From Deltaproteobacteria bacterium (GTDB taxonomy: Bacteria; Desulfobacterota; Binatia; JACPRU01), in assembly GCA_016189835.1 (NCBI GenBank), contig JACPRU010000051.1, positions 944-64,943 on the forward strand: a stretch of DNA of 64,000 nucleotides, in the 5' to 3' direction. The notes under the pieces are model-generated. The model was not told the origin of the DNA. It did not search any database and saw only the letters and a program-made list of their open reading frames with translations. Each line of letters begins with the position of its first letter. Position 1 is the stretch's first letter. The translations under genes were made by a program, and so were the position numbers. Positions 10,062 to 18,867 of the stretch are shown in pieces.

Positions 10062-11165
10062 TCAGCCTGGACCGTCGCCGCGAATGAAGCTCTCGACCTC
10101 GTCGCGCGCGATGTCGTCCGAGACCTGCCGGGGCGGATGCTTCATGAAATAGGATGAAACGCCGAGCAACGGGCCCCCGATGCCGCGGTCACGCGCCAGC
10201 TTGCAGCAACGGATGGCGTCGATCGCCACTCCCGCCGAGTTCGGACTGTCCTCGACCGACAGGCGCGCCTCGAGCTCGATCTTCGCGCCGCCGAAGCCGC
10301 GACCCTCGATGCGGAGAAAACAGACCTTGTTGTCCTTCTGCCACGGCACGTAGTCGCTCGGTCCGATGTGCACGTTCTGGCTGTCCATGCGCTCGGGGAG
10401 ATTCGACTGCACCGCCTCGGTCTTCGACAGTTTCTTGAAGCCGAGCCGTTCGCGGTTGAGCATGTTGAGGAAATCCGTGTTGCCGCCGGTATTGAGCTGG
10501 TACATGCGCTCGATCTGGATGCCGCGGTCCGCGAACAGCTTGGCGAGCGAGCGGTGGACGATGGTCGCGCCGAGCTGCGACTTGATGTCGTCGCCGACGA
10601 CGGGAATCTTCTTGCGCGCGAACTGCTCGGCCCACTCCGGGTTGGAAACGATGAACGTCGGCATGCAGTTGATGAAGCTCACTCCCTCGTCGAGGCAGGC
10701 TCGCGCATAGTGCTCGGCCGCCCGCTGGCTGCCGACGGGGAGGTAGCTGACCACCACGTCGGGCCTGGTGGCACGCAGAACCTGGGCGACGTCGACCGCC
10801 GGCGCGGAGGAAGGCACGAAGCGTTGCTCGGGCGGGTACTCCAGCAGGTGCTCCGAGAAGCCGTCGAGCATCGGCCCCATCTCGACGCGAACCTTGTAGC
10901 TCGGCAGCTTCGGGTAGATCTGCTGCGTGCAGTTCGGCGGGGCGAGCGCGGCGACCTCGAGCGGCTTGCCGACCTTGCGCTCGTCGATGTCGAACGCGCA
11001 CACGACCTGGATGTCGCCGGGACGATAGCCGGCCAGGTCGAGATGCATCAGTCCCGCGCCGGTGCCGTGCTTCGGACCCTCCCCGTCTCGGTAGTACTCG
11101 ATGCCCTGCAGCAGGCTCGAGGCGCAGTTCCCCACCCCCACGATTCCGAGACGGACTTTAGGCAT
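10062..11165 (-). CDS. ino1: myo-inositol-1-phosphate synthase
   Basis: The 367-aa product MPKVRLGIVGVGNCASSLLQGIEYYR...NTGGNTDF...SYFMKHPP is a bacterial/archaeal-type MIPS. Confidence 0.9.
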   Translation of the reverse strand: MPKVRLGIVGVGNCASSLLQGIEYYRDGEGPKHGTGAGLMHLDLAGYRPGDIQVVCAFDIDERKVGKPLEVAALAPPNCTQQIYPKLPSYKVRVEMGPMLDGFSEHLLEYPPEQRFVPSSAPAVDVAQVLRATRPDVVVSYLPVGSQRAAEHYARACLDEGVSFINCMPTFIVSNPEWAEQFARKKIPVVGDDIKSQLGATIVHRSLAKLFADRGIQIERMYQLNTGGNTDFLNMLNRERLGFKKLSKTEAVQSNLPERMDSQNVHIGPSDYVPWQKDNKVCFLRIEGRGFGGAKIELEARLSVEDSPNSAGVAIDAIRCCKLARDRGIGGPLLGVSSYFMKHPPRQVSDDIARDEVESFIRGDGPG

Positions 11166-11269
11166 GACCCGATCCCACCCCTGGTTTGGATAAAACGCAG
11201 TTAAAGACAGAATCTATAAGGAACGCCCGCTCCCTTGTAAAGCACGGCCCGCGCCGCGGCGGGCCACGC

Positions 11270-12313
11270 TTACACGGCGCCGGCAAGCGCCTGATCGAGC
11301 AACCGGGCGAGCTCCGCGAAGGACTTGCTGACCGCGTGGTCCGGCGCGGCGATGGTGATCGGCCGACCGGCGTCACCGCTCTCGCGAACCTCGGTCATCA
11401 GCGGCAGGCGGGCGAGCACGTCGACGCCGAATTGGCGCGCCAGCGAGTCGGCGCCGCCCGCGCCGAACATCTCCTCCCGCTCCCCGCAATCCGGGCACTC
11501 GTAGTAGCTCATGTTCTCGACGAGACCGAGCACGGGAACGTGCAACTGGCGGAACATCGCGATCCCCCTCTCGACGTCGGCGAGCGCCACTTCCTGCGGC
11601 GTCGTCACGATCACCGCGCCCGCCAGCGGCACCTGCTGGGCAAGGGTCAGCGCCGCGTCTCCGGTCCCGGGCGGCATGTCGACGACCAGGTAATCCTGCT
11701 CGCCCCACTCGATGTCGCGCAGGAACTGCCGGATCAGCCCCATCACCATCGGGCCGCGCCAAATCACCGGCGAGCTGTCGTCGAGAAAGAATCCCATCGA
11801 CATCACGTCGATGCCGTAGCGCTCGATCGGGGCGATCTTCCCGCCCACCGGCCGCGGGCGCGCGTCGATGCCGAACAACAGCGGTGCCGACGGTCCGTAG
11901 ACGTCGGCATCCATCAAGGCCACCTTCGCGCCGGCTTGCCGGAGCGACACCGCGAGATTGACGGCCACCGTCGACTTGCCGACGCCCCCCTTGGCGCTGG
12001 ACACCGCCAGAATCCGCCGCACGCCGGGGACGTCCGCTCTCCCCTCGGCGTGTGCATGCGGTGGCGGCGCCGCGTCGCCCGCGGTCGCGACCCGCACCGA
12101 GCGAACCTGCGGGATCGTGGCGACCGCCTCCTGCACCCGCTGGGCGATCGCCTGCGCCACCTCGCGGCGGCGGCTGGCGGCGATCAGCTCCACCACCACT
12201 TCGCCCGCCTCGACTCGCACGTCGCGCACCAGCCCGTAGCGGACGATGCCGTAGCGGAAGCCCGGAAACGCCACCTGTTCGAGGCGCGCGAAGATCTCAT
12301 CTCGCAGAGGCAC
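11270..12313 (-). CDS. apbC: Mrp/ApbC/NBP35-family iron-sulfur cluster carrier ATPase
   Basis: The 347-aa product has the P-loop SAKGGVGKST, the CPDCG motif and an N-terminal DUF59-like region. Confidence 0.85.
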   Translation of the reverse strand: MPLRDEIFARLEQVAFPGFRYGIVRYGLVRDVRVEAGEVVVELIAASRRREVAQAIAQRVQEAVATIPQVRSVRVATAGDAAPPPHAHAEGRADVPGVRRILAVSSAKGGVGKSTVAVNLAVSLRQAGAKVALMDADVYGPSAPLLFGIDARPRPVGGKIAPIERYGIDVMSMGFFLDDSSPVIWRGPMVMGLIRQFLRDIEWGEQDYLVVDMPPGTGDAALTLAQQVPLAGAVIVTTPQEVALADVERGIAMFRQLHVPVLGLVENMSYYECPDCGEREEMFGAGGADSLARQFGVDVLARLPLMTEVRESGDAGRPITIAAPDHAVSKSFAELARLLDQALAGAV

Positions 12314-12419
12314 GAAAGTGACCGCCAGGCTTACCGCACGCGCGGCGAAAACTCAATCGCGCTCCGGTCCGCCGGCCGCTCTCCGACCGCTTCGGCGAGC
12401 CGCAGCTGCGTTGACTTTG

Positions 12420-13448
12420 ATGTACCTTTGGCCGATATCTCACGCCTTCCACGGACCCACGGTGAACAGTGCCTCGAAATCCTCGGTCGCGGAAAGCCAC
12501 GCCGCGGGCGACCTGCTGACGGCCGACATGGCGGCGATCGAGCGCAAGATTCAGGAGACGATCCGCTCGCGGGAGCCCCGCCTGACCGAGATCGCTCTCC
12601 ATCTGATCGGCGCGGGCGGCAAACGGGTGCGGCCGCTGGTGGCGATGTCGGTGTTCCGCGCCTGCGGCGGCGAGGACCCCGGCGACATGATCGATCTCGG
12701 CGCCGCGCTCGAGCTGATCCACTCCGCCACGCTCCTCCACGACGACATCATCGACGGTGGGGAGGTCCGCCGCGGCCGCGCGTCCGCCTATCTCCGGTTC
12801 GGCGCTCCCGACACGCTGGTGACCGGCGACTTCCTGTTCTCGCGGGCCTTCGAGATCTGCGGACGGTTCGAGGAGACGGTCGTCCGGTGGGCGTCCGAAG
12901 CGTGCGTCGCGCTCACCGAGGGGGAGATCATGCAGGCGCGCCTGCGCCGCAACGCCGACGTTACCGTCGAGGACTATTACGAGATCATCCGGCGCAAGAC
13001 GGCGTGCTTGTTCCACGCCGGTGCTCGCATCGCGGGTCACATCGCCGGCGCCCGCCGCGACGTGGTGGAAGAGCTCGGACGCTGCGGCACCGCGATCGGT
13101 CTCGCCTTCCAGGTGATCGACGATCTGCTGGATGTCGACGGCGATCCGGCGCAGACCGGCAAGCCCGTCGGGATCGACCTGCGCGACGGTAACCCTTCGC
13201 TGCCGATCGTCCTGGCGCTGCCGCGCAGTCCTTCGCTGATGCGCGCCTGGCGCCTGGAGAGCCCGACGGACGGCGAGATCCACGCCGGCCTCGCGGAGAT
13301 CCGCACCAGCGGCGCCCTCGAACGGGTCCGCCAGGAGGCTCTGCGCTACACCCGCACGGCGACCGCCTCTCTTGCATCACTCCCCGACTCTCCGTACCGT
13401 GACTTCCTGCAGTCCCTGGTCGCGGACATGCGCGATCGGGTGTGCTGA
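12420..13448 (+). CDS. polyprenyl diphosphate synthase (IspB-like trans-isoprenyl diphosphate synthase)
   Basis: ORF 12318..13448(+) has the FARM LLHDDIIDG and the second DDxxD motif FQVIDDLLD. The start is uncertain and was set at the internal M35 (MYLWPIS...). Confidence 0.75.
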   Translation: MYLWPISHAFHGPTVNSASKSSVAESHAAGDLLTADMAAIERKIQETIRSREPRLTEIALHLIGAGGKRVRPLVAMSVFRACGGEDPGDMIDLGAALELIHSATLLHDDIIDGGEVRRGRASAYLRFGAPDTLVTGDFLFSRAFEICGRFEETVVRWASEACVALTEGEIMQARLRRNADVTVEDYYEIIRRKTACLFHAGARIAGHIAGARRDVVEELGRCGTAIGLAFQVIDDLLDVDGDPAQTGKPVGIDLRDGNPSLPIVLALPRSPSLMRAWRLESPTDGEIHAGLAEIRTSGALERVRQEALRYTRTATASLASLPDSPYRDFLQSLVADMRDRVC

Positions 13449-13452
13449 TCTC

Positions 13453-13545
13453 CTAGGACGCGACTTCGCTGTCTTGCACGAAGATATGAGATACGAGGCC
13501 TCAGTACGCGACCACCGTTTGGTTGCGGCTGTGCCGCGCTGAGAG
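13453..13545 (+). repeat. ~90-nt intergenic repeat, copy 1 (structured; candidate sRNA or REP-like element)
   Basis: The sequence ggacgcgacttcgctgtcttgcacgaagatatgagatacgaggcctcagtacgcgaccaccgtttggttgcggctgtgccgcgctgag recurs at 42690-42780 with 3 substitutions. It contains several short inverted repeats (CUUCG/CGAAG, GCGACCA/UGGUUGC, GCGGC/GCCGC). Confidence 0.6.
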
Positions 13546-13557
13546 AGCGCGTTACGC

Positions 13558-14547
13558 ATGCCGACGGATCGCTTCGGGCGAGAGATCGACTACCTGCGGA
13601 TCTCGCTGATCGATCACTGCAACTTGCGGTGCATCTACTGCATGCCCTTGACGGGCCTGCGGTTCGCTCCTTCCGCCGAGCTGCTGACCGCGGCGGAGAT
13701 CGAGACGGTGGGCCGCGCGGCCGTCGCCGCCGGATTCCGCCGCGTACGCCTGACCGGAGGCGAGCCCACGCTACGTACCGATCTCGTCGAGATCGTATCG
13801 CGGCTGGCGTCGGTCTCCGGCATGGGCGACATCGCCATGACGACCAACGGAATCCTGCTCCCGCAGCTCGCGCCCGATCTGAAGCGCGCCGGCCTGCGAC
13901 GGGTGAACATCCACATCGACACCCTCAACCCCGAGCGCGTGCGGCAGATCATGCGCTGGGGCGATCTGGCGAGGATCTGGGACGGCATCCGGGCCGCCGA
14001 GGCCGCCGGGCTGACGCCGCTCAAGCTGAACACGGTCGTGGTGCGAGACTACAACGACCAGGACGTCGTGGAGCTCGCCGCGCTCACCCTCGAGCGCGAC
14101 TGGCACGTGCGTTTCATCGAGCTGATGCCGCTCGGGGTCGACGAGGCGGCGGCCGTCGCGCGGCGGCAGTTCGTCTCCAATCGCGACACGAGGCGGCGGA
14201 TCGAACAGGCGCTCGGAGCCCTGACGCCGCTGGCTTCGCAAAACCCCTCCGACGAGTCGAAGAATTTCCGACTGCCGCGCGCGAGAGGCGTGATCGGTTT
14301 CATCAGCCCGGTCAGCGAGCCGTACTGCGGGAGCTGCAACCGCATGCGACTCACCGCCGACGGGCGCTTTCACCTGTGCCTGCTCAACGACGACGAGCTC
14401 GACGTCAAGCGGGCCATCCGCTCGGGGGGCGGAATCCCCGTGGTTCGCGACATTCTGCTGCGGGCGGTGACGGCGAAGCCCGTCGGCCACAAGCTCGACC
14501 GCGGCGAATCGACCGAGCGCCGCGACATGTATCAGCTCGGCGGCTAG
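13558..14547 (+). CDS. moaA: GTP 3',8-cyclase (molybdenum cofactor biosynthesis protein A)
   Basis: The 329-aa product has the radical-SAM motif CNLRCIYCMP and the C-terminal second cluster motif CGSCNRMRLTADG. Confidence 0.9.
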   Translation: MPTDRFGREIDYLRISLIDHCNLRCIYCMPLTGLRFAPSAELLTAAEIETVGRAAVAAGFRRVRLTGGEPTLRTDLVEIVSRLASVSGMGDIAMTTNGILLPQLAPDLKRAGLRRVNIHIDTLNPERVRQIMRWGDLARIWDGIRAAEAAGLTPLKLNTVVVRDYNDQDVVELAALTLERDWHVRFIELMPLGVDEAAAVARRQFVSNRDTRRRIEQALGALTPLASQNPSDESKNFRLPRARGVIGFISPVSEPYCGSCNRMRLTADGRFHLCLLNDDELDVKRAIRSGGGIPVVRDILLRAVTAKPVGHKLDRGESTERRDMYQLGG

Positions 14548-14609
14548 CCGGAGCCCCTCCGAGCGATCGCGCCCCTCGGCCGATCAGCCGGACGGACTCC
14601 CGGTGCGCC

Positions 14610-15005
14610 TCAGGCTCGGGCGAAGATCTCCCGCAAGTCGGCGGGGAGGCGGACGACCTTGCCGGCGCGATCGACGCACGCGTGCACCGTATAGCCCTCG
14701 ACGATCGCCTCCCGGCCGCAGGTGACTCGATAGTCGAAGCGCAGGCTCGCGCCCCGCACCTCGACCGAATCGATCGCCACGGCGAGCAGCATGTCGAAGC
14801 GCGCGAGGGAGCGATACCGGCACGACGCCTCGCGCACCGGGAAGAAGAACCCGGCGCGCTCGAACTCCTGATACGGCCGCCCCAGCGCCCGCAGTAACTC
14901 GGTCCGCGCCTCTTCGAACCACAGCAGGGCACGCGAGTGATGCGCGGCCTGGAATTGATCCGTGTCGGCGTAGCGCACGCGCCGCTGATACTCGAACACC
15001 GCCAT
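14610..15005 (-). CDS. acyl-CoA thioesterase, 4HBT (YbgC/hotdog) family
   Basis: The C-terminal 131 aa of ORF 14610..16253(-) read MAVFEYQRRVRYADTDQFQAAHHSRALLWFEEAR..., a hotdog thioesterase. The rest of that ORF is antisense to the CoA-transferase. Confidence 0.75.
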   Translation of the reverse strand: MAVFEYQRRVRYADTDQFQAAHHSRALLWFEEARTELLRALGRPYQEFERAGFFFPVREASCRYRSLARFDMLLAVAIDSVEVRGASLRFDYRVTCGREAIVEGYTVHACVDRAGKVVRLPADLREIFARA

Positions 15006-15122
15006 TCCGCGGCCGTTCCTAACCGAGGCCCGCGCGCTTGGCAACGCAGGCGGGACGCACTGAGGACGGCCGCGCGGCACGAGCGATTGGTGGCCGGGCG
15101 CCCCTGTGTTAAGGAGCGCGCC

Positions 15123-16289
15123 TTGGACGCTGGAGCGCTGGCGCATCTTCGCGTCGTCGAGGTGGGCTCGGGCCTGGCGGCGGCCCACGCGGCGAAGCTT
15201 CTCGCCGACCTCGGCGCCGACGTGGTCAAGGTCGAGTCGCCGGGCGGGGACGTGACCCGCCGCCTCGGCCCATTCCCCGGCGGCCGGCCCGATCCCGAGG
15301 CCAGTGGCCTCTTCCTCTATCTCAACGCCAACAAGCGCGGCGTCGTGCTCGATCTCGATGCCGGATCCGATCGCACGCGCTTCGGCCGGCTCCTCGACGG
15401 CGCCGACCTGTTGCTGCACGACGTCGAGCCCGCCAAGCTCGCCGGCTACGGGCTCGATCCCGAGGGCGTTCTGCGCGGCCGCCCGCGCCTGGTGGCCGCC
15501 TCGATCTCTCCCTTCGGTCTCTCCGGCCCGTATCGCGACTACAAGGCGTACGACTTGAATCTCTGGAACGCCGGCGGCATCGCGTGCCTGAACGGCGGCG
15601 GGCCGGGCACCGACGCTCTTCCTCCGCTGCGCACGTTCGGCTACCAGGCGATGTTCCAGGCCGGCCTGAACGCCGCGATCGCGTCGCTCGGCGCCCTGTA
15701 TGCGCGGGACGGGTCGGGAACCGGACAGCACGTGGAGATCTCGGTCCAAGAGTGCCTGGTGACCATCCTCGAGCTCACCTATCCCTTCTGGCCGTACTGC
15801 CGGCTGATCACTTCGCGGCTCGGCTACAAGCCGATCCAACCGCTCGACTTCTTCGCGTGCCGAGACGGCTGGGTGTTTCTGTGCGCCGTCGAGGAGCATC
15901 AGTGGAAGACCTTCGTCGAGGTGATGGGCGACCCCGCCTGGGCCGGGGTGGAGATGTTCGCCGACCGCTTGCAGCGCGCCGCCCACTGGGACGCGTTGAA
16001 GCCCCTGATCGCCGACTGGATGGCCGGGCAGACCGTCGCCGAGCTCTACGGCATGCTGCAGCGTCGTCGCGTGCCGATCGCTCCCGTCTCGACGATGGGC
16101 GACCTGCTGTCCTCCGAGCATCTCGCCGCCCGCGGCTTCTTCGTCTCCTTCGCGCATCCCCACGCCGGCCGCCATCGCATGCCCGGAGCGCCCTACCACC
16201 TGACGAGAACCCCGTGGGCGCTCCGCCGGCCGGCGCCGCTGCTCGGCCAACACACGGCCGAGGTGTTCGCCGAGGGCGCTCGCTCATGA
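15123..16289 (+). CDS. CaiB/BaiF family (class III) CoA-transferase
   Basis: ORF 14937..16289(+). The start was recomputed to the TTG at ~15123, which sits 6 nt after a perfect aaggag SD and gives (M)DAGALAHLRVVEVGSGLAAAHAAKLLADLGADVVKVE, a typical family III N-terminus. Confidence 0.8.
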   Translation: MDAGALAHLRVVEVGSGLAAAHAAKLLADLGADVVKVESPGGDVTRRLGPFPGGRPDPEASGLFLYLNANKRGVVLDLDAGSDRTRFGRLLDGADLLLHDVEPAKLAGYGLDPEGVLRGRPRLVAASISPFGLSGPYRDYKAYDLNLWNAGGIACLNGGGPGTDALPPLRTFGYQAMFQAGLNAAIASLGALYARDGSGTGQHVEISVQECLVTILELTYPFWPYCRLITSRLGYKPIQPLDFFACRDGWVFLCAVEEHQWKTFVEVMGDPAWAGVEMFADRLQRAAHWDALKPLIADWMAGQTVAELYGMLQRRRVPIAPVSTMGDLLSSEHLAARGFFVSFAHPHAGRHRMPGAPYHLTRTPWALRRPAPLLGQHTAEVFAEGARS

Positions 16290-17500
16290 GCCACAAGCCG
16301 CTCGCCGGAATCCGCGTGGCGGACTTCACCTGGGTCTGGGCCGGACCGTTCTGCACGCTCCAGCTCGCCCACCTCGGAGCCGAGGTCATCCGCGTCGAGA
16401 CGCCGCAGCGCCCGTGCGTGACCCGCCTGCTGCCGCCGTTCGCCGACCTCGAGCCGGGGCTGAACCGCAGCGGTTACTTCAATCAGTACAATCAGGGCAA
16501 GCGCTCTCTGAGCCTGAACCTCAAGAATCCGCGCGGCATCGAGATCGCCCGGCGCCTGATCGAGCGCAGCGACGTGGTGGCGGAGAACTTCGCCGCCGGT
16601 GTGATGGAGCGCATGGGCCTCGGCTACGACGACATCCGACGGCTCAAGCCCGACGTGGTGATGGTATCGATCTCCGGCTACGGACGAAGCGGCCCGGAGA
16701 AGGAGTTCGTCTCCTACGGGCCGGCGACGGTTCCGCTCGCCGGGTTCTCCGCCGTCACCGGCTACGCCGGCGGGCCGCCCATGCACGTGGGAATCTCCTA
16801 CGGGGATCCGACGGCGGGCCTGCACGCGGCCCTGGCCGTGCTGGCGGCGCTGCACCACCGTCGACGCACCGGGGAGGGGCAGTTCATCGACGTTTCGCTG
16901 TGGGAGGCCTCCGCGAGCCTGCTGCCCGACGCGTTGCTCGACCACGAGATGAACGGAATCGATCCGTCCCGCGACGGCAATCGTCACCCCCGGATGGCTC
17001 CGCACGGCGTGTTCCGCTGCGCCGGTGAAGACCGCTGGGTCTCGATCGTCGTCGGCGACGAAACCGAGTGGCGCGCGCTGTGCTCGGCGATGGAAGATCC
17101 GGCGCTCGCCGCGGACCCGCGCTTCGCGACCCTCGCGGAGCGCAAGCGAAACGAGGACGGGCTCGAGGAGCGTATCCACCAGTGGACGCGCAGCCTGGCG
17201 CCGGACGAGGTGACGCGCCGGCTGCAGGCGGCCGGCGTGGCGGCCTTCACCACGATGACCAACCAGGATCTCGCCGAGGATCCGCACCTCGCGCGGCGCG
17301 GCTTCTTCGTCGATCTGCCGCACCCGGAGGTCGGCCCCCGGCATCACGCGGGAATTCCGTGGCGGATGTCGGCGACCCCCTGCACGGTCGAGTCCCCAGC
17401 CCCATGCCTCGGCGAGCACACCCGCGACGTCCTCGAGCGCGTGCTCGCCTACGGGCCCGCGGAGATCGACGCGCTGGCCGCCGCGGGCGCACTCGGCTGA
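16286..17500 (+). CDS. CaiB/BaiF family (class III) CoA-transferase (second, tandem)
   Basis: The 404-aa product begins MSHKPLAGIRVADFTWVWAGPFCTLQLAHLGAEVIRVE. Its ATG overlaps the upstream stop (ATGA), which indicates translational coupling. Confidence 0.85.
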   Translation: MSHKPLAGIRVADFTWVWAGPFCTLQLAHLGAEVIRVETPQRPCVTRLLPPFADLEPGLNRSGYFNQYNQGKRSLSLNLKNPRGIEIARRLIERSDVVAENFAAGVMERMGLGYDDIRRLKPDVVMVSISGYGRSGPEKEFVSYGPATVPLAGFSAVTGYAGGPPMHVGISYGDPTAGLHAALAVLAALHHRRRTGEGQFIDVSLWEASASLLPDALLDHEMNGIDPSRDGNRHPRMAPHGVFRCAGEDRWVSIVVGDETEWRALCSAMEDPALAADPRFATLAERKRNEDGLEERIHQWTRSLAPDEVTRRLQAAGVAAFTTMTNQDLAEDPHLARRGFFVDLPHPEVGPRHHAGIPWRMSATPCTVESPAPCLGEHTRDVLERVLAYGPAEIDALAAAGALG

Positions 17501-17513
17501 GGGACCGGGGCGA

Positions 17514-18701
17514 TCAGCCGCCGCGGCCGAGCACGAACTCGGGCAGCGCGCGCAGGGCCCGGCGCTTGTCGGCGCCGCCCGTCACCAGGATCCACACGGT
17601 CATCGACAGGTAGAGGCCGGACAGCGCGTAGCGTACGGCGGCGTCGGTGAACACCAGCTGGCAGGCGAACAGCACCAGCAGCACGGCGGCTTCGCGAACA
17701 CTGAAGCGAAGGTCGGCGATCACCGTGACGGCGAACGCCGACTGCGCCGTGGTCAGCAGCATCTCCTCGATCTGACGCTCGTCGAGCGGCATGGCGAGCG
17801 GCGCCCCGGCCGACAGGCTGTAGACCATCGGCAGCATGCCGATCAGCAGCGTCCACTGGTTCACCGCGGACGAAACCAGCGCGCTGATTCCCGCGCTCGA
17901 CTTGCCCTGCCAGGCGAACAGGATGCAGATGATGAACTCGGGCGACTCGGAGGCGAGCGGCGCGAGCCACTGAACGAGCAGGAACTCCTCGATGCCGAAC
18001 CGGCGCCCGTTCGCGACCAGACCTTCCGCGAACGGCTCGGCGGCGGCCAGGATGGCCGTTGCCGAGTAGGCGAACAGGAACACGACGACCGCGCGTCGCC
18101 GCGCGACCGGCAGAGCGGCGATCCACTCGGCGGGGCCGCCCAGCTCCGGCTCCTCGTGCTCGGCCCGTGCGGCGAGGATCATGTAGGCCACGAACAGCGA
18201 CACCAGCACGGCGGAGTCCCACAGGCTGATCGTCTGCTTCCAGGGAATCACGAACGAATAGAGCGTCGCGACCACCAGGAAGAACACTTCCACCGACTGC
18301 GAGCGGTCGAGCGCGAACGTGCGGGCACGCGTCCTCAGCCAGGCGGTCCCCACCACGGTCGCCCAGCCGAGACCGATCAGCAGGCGGTTTCCGCCCGTCA
18401 TGTTCGCCGTCGCGAAAGCGGTGTACCCCTCGCGGTGCGGCGCTTGCCAGGCGAAGTACATGTCCACCGCGTACTCCGGCAGCACCGCGATCAGCGCCAG
18501 GAAGGCCATCGCCAGCGCGCGAGGGATGTCCACCTGGGCGGCCTCCGCGGCCCACGACAGCAGAAACGCCGAGCCGAAGATGGCCGCGCCGGCCGCGACC
18601 GTCTCGAGCAGCATGGCGCCCGCGGCAAGGTGCGTGGCCCGCAACACGAGCCACTGCAGCGCTAGTAGCGCAGCGAGGGAAAGGTAGAGGAGATTACGCA
18701 A
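17514..18701 (-). CDS. sodium/calcium exchanger (CaCA) family membrane protein
   Basis: The 395-aa polytopic protein has two internal alpha-repeat regions typical of cation/Ca2+ exchangers. Confidence 0.7.
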   Translation of the reverse strand: MRNLLYLSLAALLALQWLVLRATHLAAGAMLLETVAAGAAIFGSAFLLSWAAEAAQVDIPRALAMAFLALIAVLPEYAVDMYFAWQAPHREGYTAFATANMTGGNRLLIGLGWATVVGTAWLRTRARTFALDRSQSVEVFFLVVATLYSFVIPWKQTISLWDSAVLVSLFVAYMILAARAEHEEPELGGPAEWIAALPVARRRAVVVFLFAYSATAILAAAEPFAEGLVANGRRFGIEEFLLVQWLAPLASESPEFIICILFAWQGKSSAGISALVSSAVNQWTLLIGMLPMVYSLSAGAPLAMPLDERQIEEMLLTTAQSAFAVTVIADLRFSVREAAVLLVLFACQLVFTDAAVRYALSGLYLSMTVWILVTGGADKRRALRALPEFVLGRGG

Positions 18702-18867
18702 CGGGACCCCGGCCCGTGCGCGCGGACAAGGGTCGGTAGCGTACGGGATTCGACCAGTCCGCCCGCATCCCTCGACTCAACGGCGCCTTCCGGGCGCTGT
18801 CGCGCTCGGCGTGGGCGGAATCTGTCGAGCGCCGCGCCTGGTCCGGTCGACCCGTGCGAAGACCGTG

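Noticed and set aside
13453-13545. Possibility that the repeat upstream of moaA is a Moco (molybdenum cofactor) riboswitch
   Set aside because: The element is only ~90 nt, ends 13 nt before the moaA ATG with no room for an expression platform, and I do not recognise the Moco motif's conserved features. Its near-identical second copy lies upstream of an unrelated TolB-like envelope gene. It is kept as a generic structured repeat instead.
13377-13559. 60-aa ORF (and 42440..42826(-)) sharing the peptide QRGTAATKRWSRT.ASYLISSCKTAKSRP, which could look like a duplicated small protein
   Set aside because: The shared peptide is just the reverse-strand translation of the ~90-nt DNA repeat. The ORFs diverge completely outside the repeat and overlap neighbouring real genes, so the conserved unit is the nucleotide element, not a protein.
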